Below, one piece after another: positions 11,013 through 21,562 of a DNA stretch of 64,000 nucleotides. Positions within the stretch are counted from its first letter, which is position 1; each line of letters starts with the position of its first letter. The DNA lies in the NCBI GenBank assembly GCA_050011875.1, contig JBEKIG010000006.1, forward strand, positions 32,001 to 96,000. Direction: 5' to 3'. Source of the stretch: Nitrososphaeria archaeon. Its GTDB lineage: Archaea; Thermoproteota; Nitrososphaeria; JACIWG01. Position numbers and translations under genes: made by a program. The notes beneath the pieces are model-generated. The model was not told the origin of the DNA and ran no database searches. It saw only the letters and a program-made list of their open reading frames with translations.

Positions 11013-11553
11013 TTATATCACCTTTAATTTCCTCATTTTTTACACCTGGCTTAATTGCTACCTTAACAATACTCGGCCTTATTATCTTATCGTTCATGAT
11101 ATATCCTTTTCTGATTTCCTCCACAACAGTGCCTTCCTCTACGTCTTCCTTTTCAACTGTGGCGACTACGTTGCACTTGGATGGATCAAAAGGCTTTCCA
11201 AGACATTCTACGGGCCTAACGTTCTCATTTATTAAAATCTTCTGTATTTTTTTAAGAGTCATCTCAACCCCCTCTATCAATACATTTGTGGAGTTCGAAT
11301 CTCGGCCAGTTTTGACGGCTATTTCTAACTCGTCGACTACTTCGAGCATCTCAATTATAAAGCGTTCGTTGGAGTATCTTTTAATATCCTCAAGTTGTCT
11401 TTCAACCCTCTTTCTGTAGTTATCAAAATCAGCTTGCAGATATTTAAGGCGCGTTAGATATTCTCCGCAGAGTTTCTTTTCTTCTTCAAGTTCTTGAATG
11501 ATCTTTTCTGTCTCATGACTCGTTTCTTCTGGCACCTGCTTTTCATCACTCAT
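11005..11553 (-). CDS. grpE: Nucleotide exchange factor GrpE
   Basis: [17 protein letters not shown] and [16 protein letters not shown] motifs. Overlaps the dnaK start. Likely start MSDEKQ (11553). Confidence 0.95.
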   Translation of the reverse strand: MSDEKQVPEETSHETEKIIQELEEEKKLCGEYLTRLKYLQADFDNYRKRVERQLEDIKRYSNERFIIEMLEVVDELEIAVKTGRDSNSTNVLIEGVEMTLKKIQKILINENVRPVECLGKPFDPSKCNVVATVEKEDVEEGTVVEEIRKGYIMNDKIIRPSIVKVAIKPGVKNEEIKGDINE

Positions 11554-11685
11554 AAAATTTATCACGCAAGCATAGAGCGTTAAGCGACTTAGATATATAT
11601 TTTTCACTCTATTAGAAGGTTATATGTTAATTTGTAAGTACGGAGGCTGACATTCTGCGCAGATTTATGAGATGCCGTTTGCAGG

Positions 11686-12585
11686 CTAAGATGGTGTTAT
11701 CCTGTACCCTGAAATCTTTTCCATTGATTTGATCGCTGCCTGTGTGCCCTTTTCCCCTAGACCTTCAGCTTCAGCTATCCTAAAGATCTGATTCACTAAA
11801 GCTGTTCCAGGCAGTGGAAGATCCAGTTCAGAGGCTGTCTCGAGCACTAGTCTTAGGTCCTTTTGCTGGGTTTTCATCTTAAATCCTGGTTCGAGGTCCC
11901 CTTTTACGATCTTTGGACCTTGGTTTGCAAGTTGCCAAGAGTTTGCCGCACCACCTGTCAGTACTTCGATCAGCTTGTTAAGGTCTATTCCCGCCTTAGC
12001 GCCTAACATAAGTCCTTCACAGACGCCTTGAATGTTTAGAACACACATTATCTGGTTGCAGAGCTTAGCTATTTGGCCGTTTCCATGTGCACCCATGTAA
12101 GTTACTCTTTTTCCCAGAGCCTGGAAGATTGGAAGACACTTTTCAAAGACCTTTTCGTTTCCTCCAACCATAATAGAAAGCGTAGCATTTATCGCCCCGA
12201 TTTGACCGCCAGTAACAGGGGCATCGAGCATTTCCACATCTTTTTCTAACAACCTTTCCGCTACCTTTTTTGTGACCTTTGGAGAAATTGTGCTCATGTC
12301 TATGACAATAACCCCCTTTCTGACCCCCCTTATTACACCGCTTGGGCCGAGTATGACCTCTTCTACGTCAGGGGAGTCTGTTAACATCGTTATCACAACA
12401 TCAGTTTTTTCGGCCACCTCTTTAGGGGAACCTGCTCCCTTCGCATTTAGAGCTAAGATTTCATCCATTTTTGAAGAAGTTCTGTTCCAAACCGTCAATG
12501 AGTAGCCTGCTTTGATCAGGTTTGTTGCCATTGGTTTTCCCATCAACCCTAAACCTATGAATCCGATTTTAGTTTCCATTTTCAA
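11686..12585 (-). CDS. NAD(P)-dependent beta-hydroxyacid dehydrogenase (2-hydroxy-3-oxopropionate reductase / 3-hydroxyisobutyrate dehydrogenase family)
   Basis: GFIGLGLMG, DAPVTGG, catalytic K in AKLCNQ, and KDL. Confidence 0.9.
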   Translation of the reverse strand: MKMETKIGFIGLGLMGKPMATNLIKAGYSLTVWNRTSSKMDEILALNAKGAGSPKEVAEKTDVVITMLTDSPDVEEVILGPSGVIRGVRKGVIVIDMSTISPKVTKKVAERLLEKDVEMLDAPVTGGQIGAINATLSIMVGGNEKVFEKCLPIFQALGKRVTYMGAHGNGQIAKLCNQIMCVLNIQGVCEGLMLGAKAGIDLNKLIEVLTGGAANSWQLANQGPKIVKGDLEPGFKMKTQQKDLRLVLETASELDLPLPGTALVNQIFRIAEAEGLGEKGTQAAIKSMEKISGYRITPS

Positions 12586-12714
12586 ACCTTACCTTATATC
12601 AAATATCATGTTCATAAAGATAATTAAAACTTTCTATATATAATCAGACTCTAAAGATACGGAATTTGGTGCCCTAGTCAAAGATTTCTGTAAGTCGCCA
12701 TATGGGGTTGAGAG

Positions 12715-13464
12715 TTACACTATTGACTCCAATGCTGCAGGCAGTTCGGAGATATCATTGATTACTGCATCCGGCTTTACTTCATCACTGTCTGCCGGAG
12801 CAGCTGCTTCAGTATTCCATTTATAATTCTGAGGATTCCGCAGCAGTATAGCTTTTAGGCCGAATCTCTTGGGATAATAGACATCGTAGACATATTCGTC
12901 TCCAACCATGACCGACTGCGTTCCCTTGGAAATGAATGGTCTGAAATATTCAATTTCATTCTTATAATAACAAGTCGTATCGGGTGTTAATATATAGTCA
13001 AAATACTTTTTTAAATCGAGTTTCTCCATGATGGGATTCTGGTACTTGAAGAAGCCGTTTGTTGCCGCGCATAGAATATATCCCCTTTTCTTGAGTGTCC
13101 TAAGGGTCTGTTTTGCTCGGGGAAATAAATAGCCGTTTGATAGGGTCAACCCCTCTGTGAGCTTGCCTAAGTCTAAACTCCAGTTTGTTCCAAGCCTTTG
13201 GGCGACCTCTTTAACCATGTCATCCCAATTGTACCGTTTGTTGCTCAGGTTTCTTTCCCTGATGATTTCTTCCTCCATCATAATGTTCCTTATTTTCTCT
13301 GAACTTGTCTTAGTCCTTTTAGAGAGTTCTTGAAGTACCAATGGTAAGACTTTGCGTTTGAAAGGGAATTTCATTACGGTGCCATCAAGATCTATAAATA
13401 TAACGATACTATTTTTGGAAACCTTTGATTCAATTTTCGGATAGTTGGTTCTATGGTACGCCAT
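12715..13464 (-). CDS. HAD-superfamily hydrolase
   Basis: DLDGT (motif I), TNG, and MVGDEYVYD (motif IV). Confidence 0.88.
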   Translation of the reverse strand: MAYHRTNYPKIESKVSKNSIVIFIDLDGTVMKFPFKRKVLPLVLQELSKRTKTSSEKIRNIMMEEEIIRERNLSNKRYNWDDMVKEVAQRLGTNWSLDLGKLTEGLTLSNGYLFPRAKQTLRTLKKRGYILCAATNGFFKYQNPIMEKLDLKKYFDYILTPDTTCYYKNEIEYFRPFISKGTQSVMVGDEYVYDVYYPKRFGLKAILLRNPQNYKWNTEAAAPADSDEVKPDAVINDISELPAALESIV

Positions 13465-13689
13465 GGAGAAAAGCTCGGGTTTTACTTCTAAAAAGTTTTA
13501 CCTTGATAGCTGAGAGATTGACATTAAAAAATAGGAAGGACTGGGAAGTTTAAGCGCTTTCTATATCGATCTGTTAAAGCGGCTTCAAAATGTTCCGTCA
13601 TCGATTATGCAAATATTCTACATCGTAGGAGCCTGCGTAATAAGATAAACCCTTATATTCTTCATGGCTCCAAATATATTAAGAAGATT

Positions 13690-14901
13690 ATGAGCAACGA
13701 AAAATTTGTTAAAAAGGCTCTTGAAGAAGGAGCAGGAATTGTAAGGTTGGCACCGGCGTGGGTCCCCAGAACATCACCACCAGGAGGAAGAATGAAGCTT
13801 GCGCCCCAAGACCTCTTCGCCTTAGGCGTTGAAAGAGGCGGCTTCTGTGAAAGATGGTTCGCTTCTGCAGCAAGGGCAGACAATGGGCCTGGAACGCCTG
13901 AAGACGAAGGTATGAGTTACATCGTAATTAAAGAAGGATCAAAGTTTAATAGAGTCCTATTTAAGGATGCCGTCGGCTTCGATGGCGAGACTTTTATTGG
14001 AAAAGCGATGTTTAGGAAGTATAAGGGTTGGCCTATCTTTTCAAAGTTCTACGACTACCTGTACGCGATACCTTTCCATTTACATTTAAGAGAAGAGCAT
14101 GCTCTAAAGGTGGGTAGACAGCCGAAACCTGAAGCGTACTACTTTCCACCACAGTTGAATGCTATACCCGGCCGTTTTCCGTACACGTTCTTCGGACTGA
14201 ATTCTGGCACGACAAAGGCCGACATTAAAAGATGTCTTCAGAGGTGGAATAAGGGTGACAATGGTGTACTAAATTATTCGAGAGCCTATACGATAACTCC
14301 GGGAACTGGATGGGTGATTCCAGCAGGTATACTGCACGCGCCAGGAACCCTGGTAACCTATGAACCTCAGTGGGGGTCAGATGTGGCTTCCATGTATCAG
14401 TCGAAGGTTGAAGACAGGCTGATTCCATGGAGCAATGTGATAAAGGATGTGCCAATAGATCGTCAGAAGGATCTAGATTACATCATAGACTTGATCGACT
14501 GGGAAGTCAACCTTGATCAGAATTTCAAGGAGCATCACTATGTGGAGCCGAAACCGGTTAAAAATACAAGGGAAATGCAGGAAGAAGGCTATTTAGAAAA
14601 TTGGATTACATATGGCACAGAGCTTTTTTCTGCAAAGGAACTCACCATTCTACCGATGAAGTCCGTTAAGATCAAGGACAGCGCAGCCTACGGACTGATC
14701 GTCGTGCAGGGGCATGGGACATTTGGGGGTTTTGAAGCGGAGTCTCCCACAATGATAAGATATGAAGAAATGACAAACGATGAACTATTTGTTACAATTG
14801 GAGCCGCAAAGGATGGCATCAAGATAGAGAACAAAAGCAGCAAGGAGAATCTTGTTATCCTCAAACACTTCGGACCCGAAAACCCCGATGTACCAAAATA
14901 G
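13690..14901 (+). CDS. Cupin-fold sugar(-phosphate) isomerase, type I mannose-6-phosphate isomerase-like
   Basis: PFHLH, KPEAYYF and PAGILHAPG metal-binding pattern. Confidence 0.7.
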   Translation: MSNEKFVKKALEEGAGIVRLAPAWVPRTSPPGGRMKLAPQDLFALGVERGGFCERWFASAARADNGPGTPEDEGMSYIVIKEGSKFNRVLFKDAVGFDGETFIGKAMFRKYKGWPIFSKFYDYLYAIPFHLHLREEHALKVGRQPKPEAYYFPPQLNAIPGRFPYTFFGLNSGTTKADIKRCLQRWNKGDNGVLNYSRAYTITPGTGWVIPAGILHAPGTLVTYEPQWGSDVASMYQSKVEDRLIPWSNVIKDVPIDRQKDLDYIIDLIDWEVNLDQNFKEHHYVEPKPVKNTREMQEEGYLENWITYGTELFSAKELTILPMKSVKIKDSAAYGLIVVQGHGTFGGFEAESPTMIRYEEMTNDELFVTIGAAKDGIKIENKSSKENLVILKHFGPENPDVPK

Positions 14902-15220
14902 AACACGCAACATAGGCAAGATCTAGAAGTAACCTATCCAACACCTTTATTGCAAGTTACATCATGTAATGTATAGAATTACAGACAGGACTAGTATTAA
15001 TAATACTGGAAGGTATACCAAGCCATTAAATTAATATCAAAATTCCATTTGATTTTTAGTTATTCGATAAACTATGTTCGGTTAATCCAATTAAAGGTTT
15101 AATTATAGTAACATGTCTTCAACATTAAAAGGCATGTGATATTTTACGCCATCAACAACTTTCAAGAAACAGGTTCTAAGAATTGACCTTAAAAAGAAGA
15201 AAGTTCGTACTACATATGAA

Positions 15221-15871
15221 ATGATAGCCGTTGAAAAACCCTTTTCAATCTATGTAAATGGCAAACACATTTTTTCTACAATGATCACCCCTGGAAGTAA
15301 GAAGGCGTTTGTTTTAGGTCATATTATGGCTGAAGGCCTGATTGAAAAGATTGACGAAATAAAAAAAGTTTCGATTAACAGATCCCGAGCTGATGTCAGA
15401 CTTATTAAAGTTCGTACTGAGCGGGCCAGATTTTCTTCGAGTGCATATACGGATTCGATGATAATGGTTGAAGCTAAAGAAATAGCTAGAATTGCGGATG
15501 TGCTCAGTAGAAAAGGAAAAGTTTACCAGACAACTCATGGCACTCATTTTGCAGCTCTGGTTAAGATCGACGGCGAAATCGTATCATTTGTGGAAGACGT
15601 TGGCAGGCATAATGCAATAGACAAGGCTTTAGGTGAAGGGTTACTGAAAAAGGCCGACTTCTCCTCATGTATCCTGTTCACCTCTTGTAGGCAACAGAGG
15701 AGTACAATATCGAAGGCATCAAAAGCGGGTGTAGTCATCGTTGTTTCGATTGTTGCTCCACTGCAATCCGGTATAGATTCGGCGAAAGAAATGCGTATAA
15801 CACTAGTCTGTGTTAAACGACAGTATCTGAGTGTCTATACCCATCCTTCGAGAATTCGTACCGATTTCTGA
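15221..15871 (+). CDS. fdhD: FdhD/NarQ-family sulfurtransferase accessory protein (divergent)
   Basis: AVEKP, TxGTHFAAL and EDVGRHNAIDKALG motifs. The usual Cys-containing loop is absent. Confidence 0.8.
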   Translation: MIAVEKPFSIYVNGKHIFSTMITPGSKKAFVLGHIMAEGLIEKIDEIKKVSINRSRADVRLIKVRTERARFSSSAYTDSMIMVEAKEIARIADVLSRKGKVYQTTHGTHFAALVKIDGEIVSFVEDVGRHNAIDKALGEGLLKKADFSSCILFTSCRQQRSTISKASKAGVVIVVSIVAPLQSGIDSAKEMRITLVCVKRQYLSVYTHPSRIRTDF

Positions 15872-15958
15872 TTTAATCCTTTAACTCACATTCGTTCAAA
15901 GATAGGCCTTCCGATATACTTTTAAGAGGTATGTCTGAAACCTAAACAAGATATTGAC

Positions 15959-16651
15959 ATGACTAAGCAAGAGGAGGGGAAGAAACCATCTAGAAGAAAT
16001 TTTATAAAAAATCTTAGTGTAGGAGTTGCTGTTGGTATCGCTGCTACAGCTGGTGTAGCCAAAGTTCTGACTCCTCCAGCATCTACAACCACAACAACTG
16101 AGATGGCTACGACGACGGTAACTGCTACGACGGCGGTAACTGCTACAACAATTAGCACGGAAACTTCGACAGTTCCCCCACAGAAGCTCTTAAGGGCCGG
16201 GGTGATAAAATATTCACCCGAAAAATGTGTTGGCTGCCAGAGATGTGTGCTCGCATGCGCGTTAGTCCACGGTGGCGCCATATCGCCTCAGCTCTCTAGA
16301 ATAATGTGGACAGAAGAGTTCGTGGGGGAGGAAACATTCGAACCGATGTTCTGCGGGCAGTGTGACAGCCCTCTATGTTACTGGGCTTGCCCAAAAAAAG
16401 ACCTAGCTCTTTCAATTGATGAGGTAACAGGCGCTAGGTATATTAACGATGATAACTGCATCGGATGCCAATCATGTATCAGAGCGTGTCCCTATACTCC
16501 TCCGAGGATAAATTTTGATACAGAAAGAAAGGTTTCTATCAAATGCGATCTTTGCATGGATAGGCCGAACGGGCCAGCCTGCATAGAAGTATGCTCAAAT
16601 GTAAGCGGTGACAAAGCTCTCAGTTTTGTGAACAAGGAGGATAGACAGTAG
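15959..16651 (+). CDS. 4Fe-4S dicluster electron-transfer subunit with twin-arginine signal and Thr-rich linker
   Basis: SRRNFIK followed by a hydrophobic stretch and a poly-Thr linker. Four Cys clusters: CVGCQRCVLAC, CGQCDSPLCYWAC, CIGCQSCIRAC, KCDLC...PACIEVC. Confidence 0.9.
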   Translation: MTKQEEGKKPSRRNFIKNLSVGVAVGIAATAGVAKVLTPPASTTTTTEMATTTVTATTAVTATTISTETSTVPPQKLLRAGVIKYSPEKCVGCQRCVLACALVHGGAISPQLSRIMWTEEFVGEETFEPMFCGQCDSPLCYWACPKKDLALSIDEVTGARYINDDNCIGCQSCIRACPYTPPRINFDTERKVSIKCDLCMDRPNGPACIEVCSNVSGDKALSFVNKEDRQ

Positions 16652-16653
16652 AA

Positions 16654-18618
16654 ATGTACGGCTGGATGGGTAAAGTTCTGAGGATAGACCTGTCTTCAGG
16701 GGACATAAGCGAAATTAGCACTGGGGATTATGTCCCTGACTTTATTGGCGGGTATGGTCTTGCATTAAAGCTGATATGGGATGAAACTGTAGGTAAACAG
16801 TTCCCGAGTGAATTTGATCCAGAAGCGCCGTTAGTCCTTGCTACAGGTCCTCTTGCGGGAACTCCTTCGCCCGCCGCTGGAAGAAGCGAGGTCGGTGGGC
16901 TCGCCCCTCAGAGCTATCCTGTTGCTTGGGTCGCTGACTCAGGCTTTGGAGGCGACTTTGCTACAAAATTGAAGTTTTCAGGGTATGATGCGATACTAAT
17001 AGTTGGCAGTTCGAATACGCCAAAATACATCTATGTAGAAGATGGCGAAGCAGAAATAATTGATGCCACATATCTATGGGGACTATACACCATAAAAGCC
17101 GAGCAATTACTTCTCCAAAAACACGGCCTCGATTCTGCTGTAGCGTCGATCGGGCCTGCGGGTGAAAATCTTGTAAGAATTGCTATAATAACAACTAAAA
17201 CAGAGAATGCTTCTGGACAAGGTGGGTTCGGAGCAGTTATGGGATCAAAGAAACTGAAGGCTATAGTAGTCAAAGGCAATCAGAGGATTAGAGTTGCCGA
17301 ACCAGACATCCTAATAGACGAGGTGAAGAAGATCACCGCTGAATTTAGAAACGGGACTCCTAAAGGAACTTACATGTGGAGACCGTTATCAGAAACCGAT
17401 CCTACGTATACCGTTAAGAAGCACAGTGGTTGTACAGGCTGTGGTGAGTGCATGAGTGCCACTGATTCTTTTCCTGATTATTATGAAAACGTTCAACAAC
17501 ATTGGACTGGCACTGGTATGATATCCGGCGATATGCACTGTATTGGCCGTAATGCGTCTAACCTTATTGGCAATATCCAGAACGATACAGCTTTTGAATT
17601 CAACAAATTGGCGGAATATCTTGGGATAAACCATTGGGAGCTCTTTGCAGGAATGGGCTATTTTATTCAGAACTGCTACAAAGATGGTAAGCTTTCTGAA
17701 TTGATGGGAGAAAAGCTGAACTTGAACACAAATCCGTGGACAGTGGGATTTCCACCGGAGCTAGCTGCCAAATTTATCAATGCAATAGCCTACAGAGACG
17801 GAGATGGGGATATATTTGCAGAAGGATCCCCTAGAGCAGAGGAAAAGCTAGGTATCCAGAATGAAGCATGGAAGACTCACAAACACGGCTACGGTCCACA
17901 CTGGGATGGAAGGTACCTGCATCTGATCAACTATCCACTTTGGGTGATAGCTGCTCTTCTCTGGAGTACGTGGGGGAGAGATCCAAACAATTCAACGCAC
18001 TGCTGCGTCGAGAGCTACTATGACGGAGTCAAAGAATGGGGTGGAGGACCCATACCGTATGAACAGCTTAAGGTGATAGGTGAGAAGGTATATGGTACGG
18101 AAGATGCTTTCACGGGGTGGAAGAATGACGCTGACCTAGGCTATAAGGACAAGGAAATTGTTGTAATATATCACCAGCACAGAAGTATGATGAAGACAAG
18201 CCTTACGGTGTGTGACTGGATGTTCCCTATGACATGGTCAACAGCGACACCAGATAATGTTGGAGACTACGAAGCGGAAGTAAGATTATTCAACGCAGTA
18301 ACAGGACAAAATTATACTCTCGATGACATGCTAAATTCAGCGGAAAGATGCATGAACGTCCTGAGATCGCTCCATGTCAGACAGGGAAGGACAAGAACGG
18401 ACGACGAAAGCGTCATTAGATACTTTACGGAGCAAAAATCTGCGCATCCCGACGAAATTCAAACACTCGACCAAGCTAAATTCGGTACGTTACTAGACAA
18501 TTACTATGAAAGGAGAGGATGGGACAAGGCAACAGGATGGCCTACCGAAGATAAATTAGTTTCTCTTGGTCTCAAAGACGTTTCTGATGAGTTAGCAAGA
18601 ACAGGAAACCTACCATAA
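16654..18618 (+). CDS. Aldehyde:ferredoxin oxidoreductase (AOR/WOR family, W/Mo-bis-pterin)
   Basis: MYGWMGKVLRIDLS start, IGPAGENLV, GFGAVMGSKKLKAI, CTGCGEC, and YYERRGWD..TGWPT. Begins 2 nt after the Fe-S gene. Confidence 0.93.
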   Translation: MYGWMGKVLRIDLSSGDISEISTGDYVPDFIGGYGLALKLIWDETVGKQFPSEFDPEAPLVLATGPLAGTPSPAAGRSEVGGLAPQSYPVAWVADSGFGGDFATKLKFSGYDAILIVGSSNTPKYIYVEDGEAEIIDATYLWGLYTIKAEQLLLQKHGLDSAVASIGPAGENLVRIAIITTKTENASGQGGFGAVMGSKKLKAIVVKGNQRIRVAEPDILIDEVKKITAEFRNGTPKGTYMWRPLSETDPTYTVKKHSGCTGCGECMSATDSFPDYYENVQQHWTGTGMISGDMHCIGRNASNLIGNIQNDTAFEFNKLAEYLGINHWELFAGMGYFIQNCYKDGKLSELMGEKLNLNTNPWTVGFPPELAAKFINAIAYRDGDGDIFAEGSPRAEEKLGIQNEAWKTHKHGYGPHWDGRYLHLINYPLWVIAALLWSTWGRDPNNSTHCCVESYYDGVKEWGGGPIPYEQLKVIGEKVYGTEDAFTGWKNDADLGYKDKEIVVIYHQHRSMMKTSLTVCDWMFPMTWSTATPDNVGDYEAEVRLFNAVTGQNYTLDDMLNSAERCMNVLRSLHVRQGRTRTDDESVIRYFTEQKSAHPDEIQTLDQAKFGTLLDNYYERRGWDKATGWPTEDKLVSLGLKDVSDELARTGNLP

Positions 18619-18984
18619 ACTATGGCAGCATCAATATTAATTCGAGGAAGTGCAACTTCTACGAACATATCATTTCTGTATTTCCAGAATCAAATGAAAT
18701 GAGAAACGAATTTTGGAAAGCACATCTTGCAATATATGGTTCTAAGACCTATTGTCGTAGTTCCTTAACAGTGTCTTCTAATCTAAGATGTGAGCACAGA
18801 AAGTATGTTCAAATTCAAGCCGTTTAATCTTTCGATAACCTCACTCCTAATAGGTGTTAGATCTTAAGCCCCTATTCTCTATATAATTGTGAAGGAATGA
18901 CATCAAACGTGCTGTACTAAATAGGATGCTCTTCCATTTTGCGACAATAAAGTTAATATCTATGTTTTTCATATACATATTAAA

Positions 18985-19218
18985 ATGGCTTTAGCATTTG
19001 TTTTAATAAATTCGGAATTAGGTGCTGAAAGTGAAATAATTAAGGAACTGAAAAAGATCGAGGAAATAAAAGAAGTATATCCGGTCTACGGCGTTTACGA
19101 TATTATAGTTAAAGTTCAAGCAGACGCTCTTGATAAGGTAAAGGACATAATAACTTGGAAGATCAGACGCCTAGATAAAATACGTTCGACCCTAACAATG
19201 ATCGCTATCGAAGAATAG
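18985..19218 (+). CDS. Stand-alone Lrp/AsnC ligand-binding (RAM) domain protein
   Basis: AFVLIN...VYGVYDIIVKV...STLTMI, 77 aa. Confidence 0.9.
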   Translation: MALAFVLINSELGAESEIIKELKKIEEIKEVYPVYGVYDIIVKVQADALDKVKDIITWKIRRLDKIRSTLTMIAIEE

Positions 19219-19387
19219 AATAAAAATCTAATGAAAGAAATAAGTTTACCTAATTATTATTATATTCTTTCTATCTGAACATTTTTCCATATTGCCTCAA
19301 GAGCTCAAGCTTCTCAATCGTTCACTTCTGTTCTAACGATTTAATAAATGGGATATAAGACCCATTTTATAGCAGTAGGCAAATTGA

Positions 19388-20734
19388 TTAAAGAATCGAA
19401 TAAAGCTCCTTAACGTATCTCTCAACAATTATGTCCCAGGAAAATTGCTGAGCAAATGGAACAGTATTTTCAGCCATCTCGTCCCTATTTGCTATAACAT
19501 ATTCTAATCCACTTGCTATGGATGATGTATCACTGCCGTCCACCAACACCCCCGTCTTCTTATCTATGATGTTCTCTGGTAGTCCACCCACATTTCCGAC
19601 GACTACGGGTAGGCCGCAGGCCTGAGCTTCGACAGCGACTAGACCGAACGCTTCCTTGGTTGAAGGGAATGCTCCTACGGACGCTGATCTGATCAATGAA
19701 AGGAGTACGTCGTCTGGTAATTGCTCCGTATAAATCTTAACCCTCGATCTAATGTCTGCTGGGAGGTCATTATATTTATCCAAGACATCAGTATGGTAAT
19801 ACTCCCAGTTAGAGGGTATGCCAAAGATCGCTAGGTCGTATTCTGTTTGGGACTTGTAATAAAGCTTATCGTATGCTAGTATCAGATTTGATATACCTTT
19901 CACAGGGTCTATTCTCCCCCAGAAAGCGATGTACTTCCTTTTAAGGCCATATCTTTGAAGTATTTCCACATCTTTCTTCTTTTCCTCCTCCGTCGGTGGT
20001 CTGAATTTTTTCAGGTCTATTCCGTTCGGGATGCAGACCAGCTTGTCAGACCTTATTCTATACTGAGTTCTTATTATCCTCTCTTGGCTCTTGGACATTA
20101 CGTGCACCTTGTCAGCAAGCTTACACCCCTTTTGCTCCCACTGAAGTCTTTCATCTCTTTTAACCTCATCATCTTTTCTATCAGAACTCATATGGACGGA
20201 CAGAATGCATTTTGAGTCCGGCATAGCTCGAGCAGTCTTCAGATTGTAAATGAATTGAGCGCCATAGAAGTCGTGTCCGTGGATAATTGTGCTCTCATCA
20301 AACATCTTTCGGCACAGTTCACCGTTAGAATCGTAAATATAATTAAGTGTTGTAAATATATGGTCCCAAGTTACTATGCAATCAAGTGGATTGTCAATAT
20401 AGAGGCTGCCGCTTTTTGCTTGGATCTTATCACCTAGGCCGCTGCATGGAGGAACGGCATAGACGTCCACGTTTGATATCGGCCTATATTGAACGACGTT
20501 TTCTGGGTTATAGTAGGATTTGGGAAAGATGGGTGAGCCGCTCAAACCCTTCTTCCTCGCAAGAACGGTTACATTGTAACCGAATGATGGAAGACGCTCG
20601 GAGACTTCGGCTACAACCCTTCCCATCCCACCCCACTTTTCTATATCTTCCACTTTCCCCTTTAAGACTTCACCCTTCCCTACGTTCCACCAGTATTCCG
20701 GGGAAAACATTATGATTTCCTTGTCAACCGGCAT
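19388..20734 (-). CDS. GT-B glycosyltransferase family 4 (glycogen-synthase-like)
   Basis: GGMGRVV, HGHDF, IPNGID, GRIDPVKG and EAFGLVAVEAQACG motifs. Confidence 0.9.
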   Translation of the reverse strand: MPVDKEIIMFSPEYWWNVGKGEVLKGKVEDIEKWGGMGRVVAEVSERLPSFGYNVTVLARKKGLSGSPIFPKSYYNPENVVQYRPISNVDVYAVPPCSGLGDKIQAKSGSLYIDNPLDCIVTWDHIFTTLNYIYDSNGELCRKMFDESTIIHGHDFYGAQFIYNLKTARAMPDSKCILSVHMSSDRKDDEVKRDERLQWEQKGCKLADKVHVMSKSQERIIRTQYRIRSDKLVCIPNGIDLKKFRPPTEEEKKKDVEILQRYGLKRKYIAFWGRIDPVKGISNLILAYDKLYYKSQTEYDLAIFGIPSNWEYYHTDVLDKYNDLPADIRSRVKIYTEQLPDDVLLSLIRSASVGAFPSTKEAFGLVAVEAQACGLPVVVGNVGGLPENIIDKKTGVLVDGSDTSSIASGLEYVIANRDEMAENTVPFAQQFSWDIIVERYVKELYSIL

Positions 20735-20833
20735 CGAATCGTCTATCGGATGTTTAATAGGTATATTTAACTTTCTTTCCTTTTGTAGTCAAAAATTTAT
20801 ATAAAAGGCGATTCTGAGCAAAAACCGAAAATA

Positions 20834-21562
20834 TTGGTGGAAACTTCATTTCAATGCGAGCTCGAAAATGCCGCTAGAGAACTTGGAGCGGATTTATTCG
20901 GTGTGGCAGACCTTACGGAAGCACAAGATTTTGTATGTAACCAGGGAGGGGAGTACCTGAGGAAGTTCCCTAGGGCTATCTCAATAGGTATTCGTCTGAT
21001 GGACGCCGTTGTCGACGAGCTACACAGACACGAGGAGCGCTCCGTAATCTTCACTTACAGGGCACTATATAATTCCGTTAACTCTAGGTTAGACCATATC
21101 GGGCTGCTCTTGGCTAGAAGGATCCAAAAAGAAGGCTTCCAAGCATATCCGATTCCGGCATCTCAGGTCATCGATAATGACAGACTCGTGGGGACGGTTT
21201 CCAACAAACTTGCACCGAATCTGGCTGGGCTAGGATGGATCGGAAAAAGCTGTCTTCTAGTAACCCCAGAATACGGTCCAAGAGTAAGATTTGCAACCAT
21301 TCTCACGGATGCTAAATTGAAGGCTGGTTCTTCTATAAAAGTGCGGTGTGGGGAGTGCAGGGCGTGTGTAAACATATGTCCACCTAAGGCGTTTTCAGGG
21401 GTTCCGTTTGATCCTAAAGAGCCTAGGGAAATCAGATTTAATGCGCACGCGTGCTACGATTACATGAAAAGAAGGGAGCAGAAGTTAGGTGAACAGCTCT
21501 GCGGATTATGTGTCTACATCTGTCCATACGGTAAAGGGGAAAGGTTAAGGAAATCTTCCTAG
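20834..21562 (+). CDS. QueG/reductive-dehalogenase-like 4Fe-4S double-cluster protein
   Basis: AGLGWIGKS.LLVTPEYGPRVRFATILTD, CGECRACVNICP and CGLCVYICP motifs. Confidence 0.85.
   Translation: MVETSFQCELENAARELGADLFGVADLTEAQDFVCNQGGEYLRKFPRAISIGIRLMDAVVDELHRHEERSVIFTYRALYNSVNSRLDHIGLLLARRIQKEGFQAYPIPASQVIDNDRLVGTVSNKLAPNLAGLGWIGKSCLLVTPEYGPRVRFATILTDAKLKAGSSIKVRCGECRACVNICPPKAFSGVPFDPKEPREIRFNAHACYDYMKRREQKLGEQLCGLCVYICPYGKGERLRKSS

Noticed and set aside
4595-11419. Antisense and alternate-frame ORFs over mgtA, dnaJ, dnaK and grpE (e.g. 4770-5288, 9694-10353, 10994-11419)
   Set aside because: Shadow ORFs of strongly conserved genes, with no motifs of their own.
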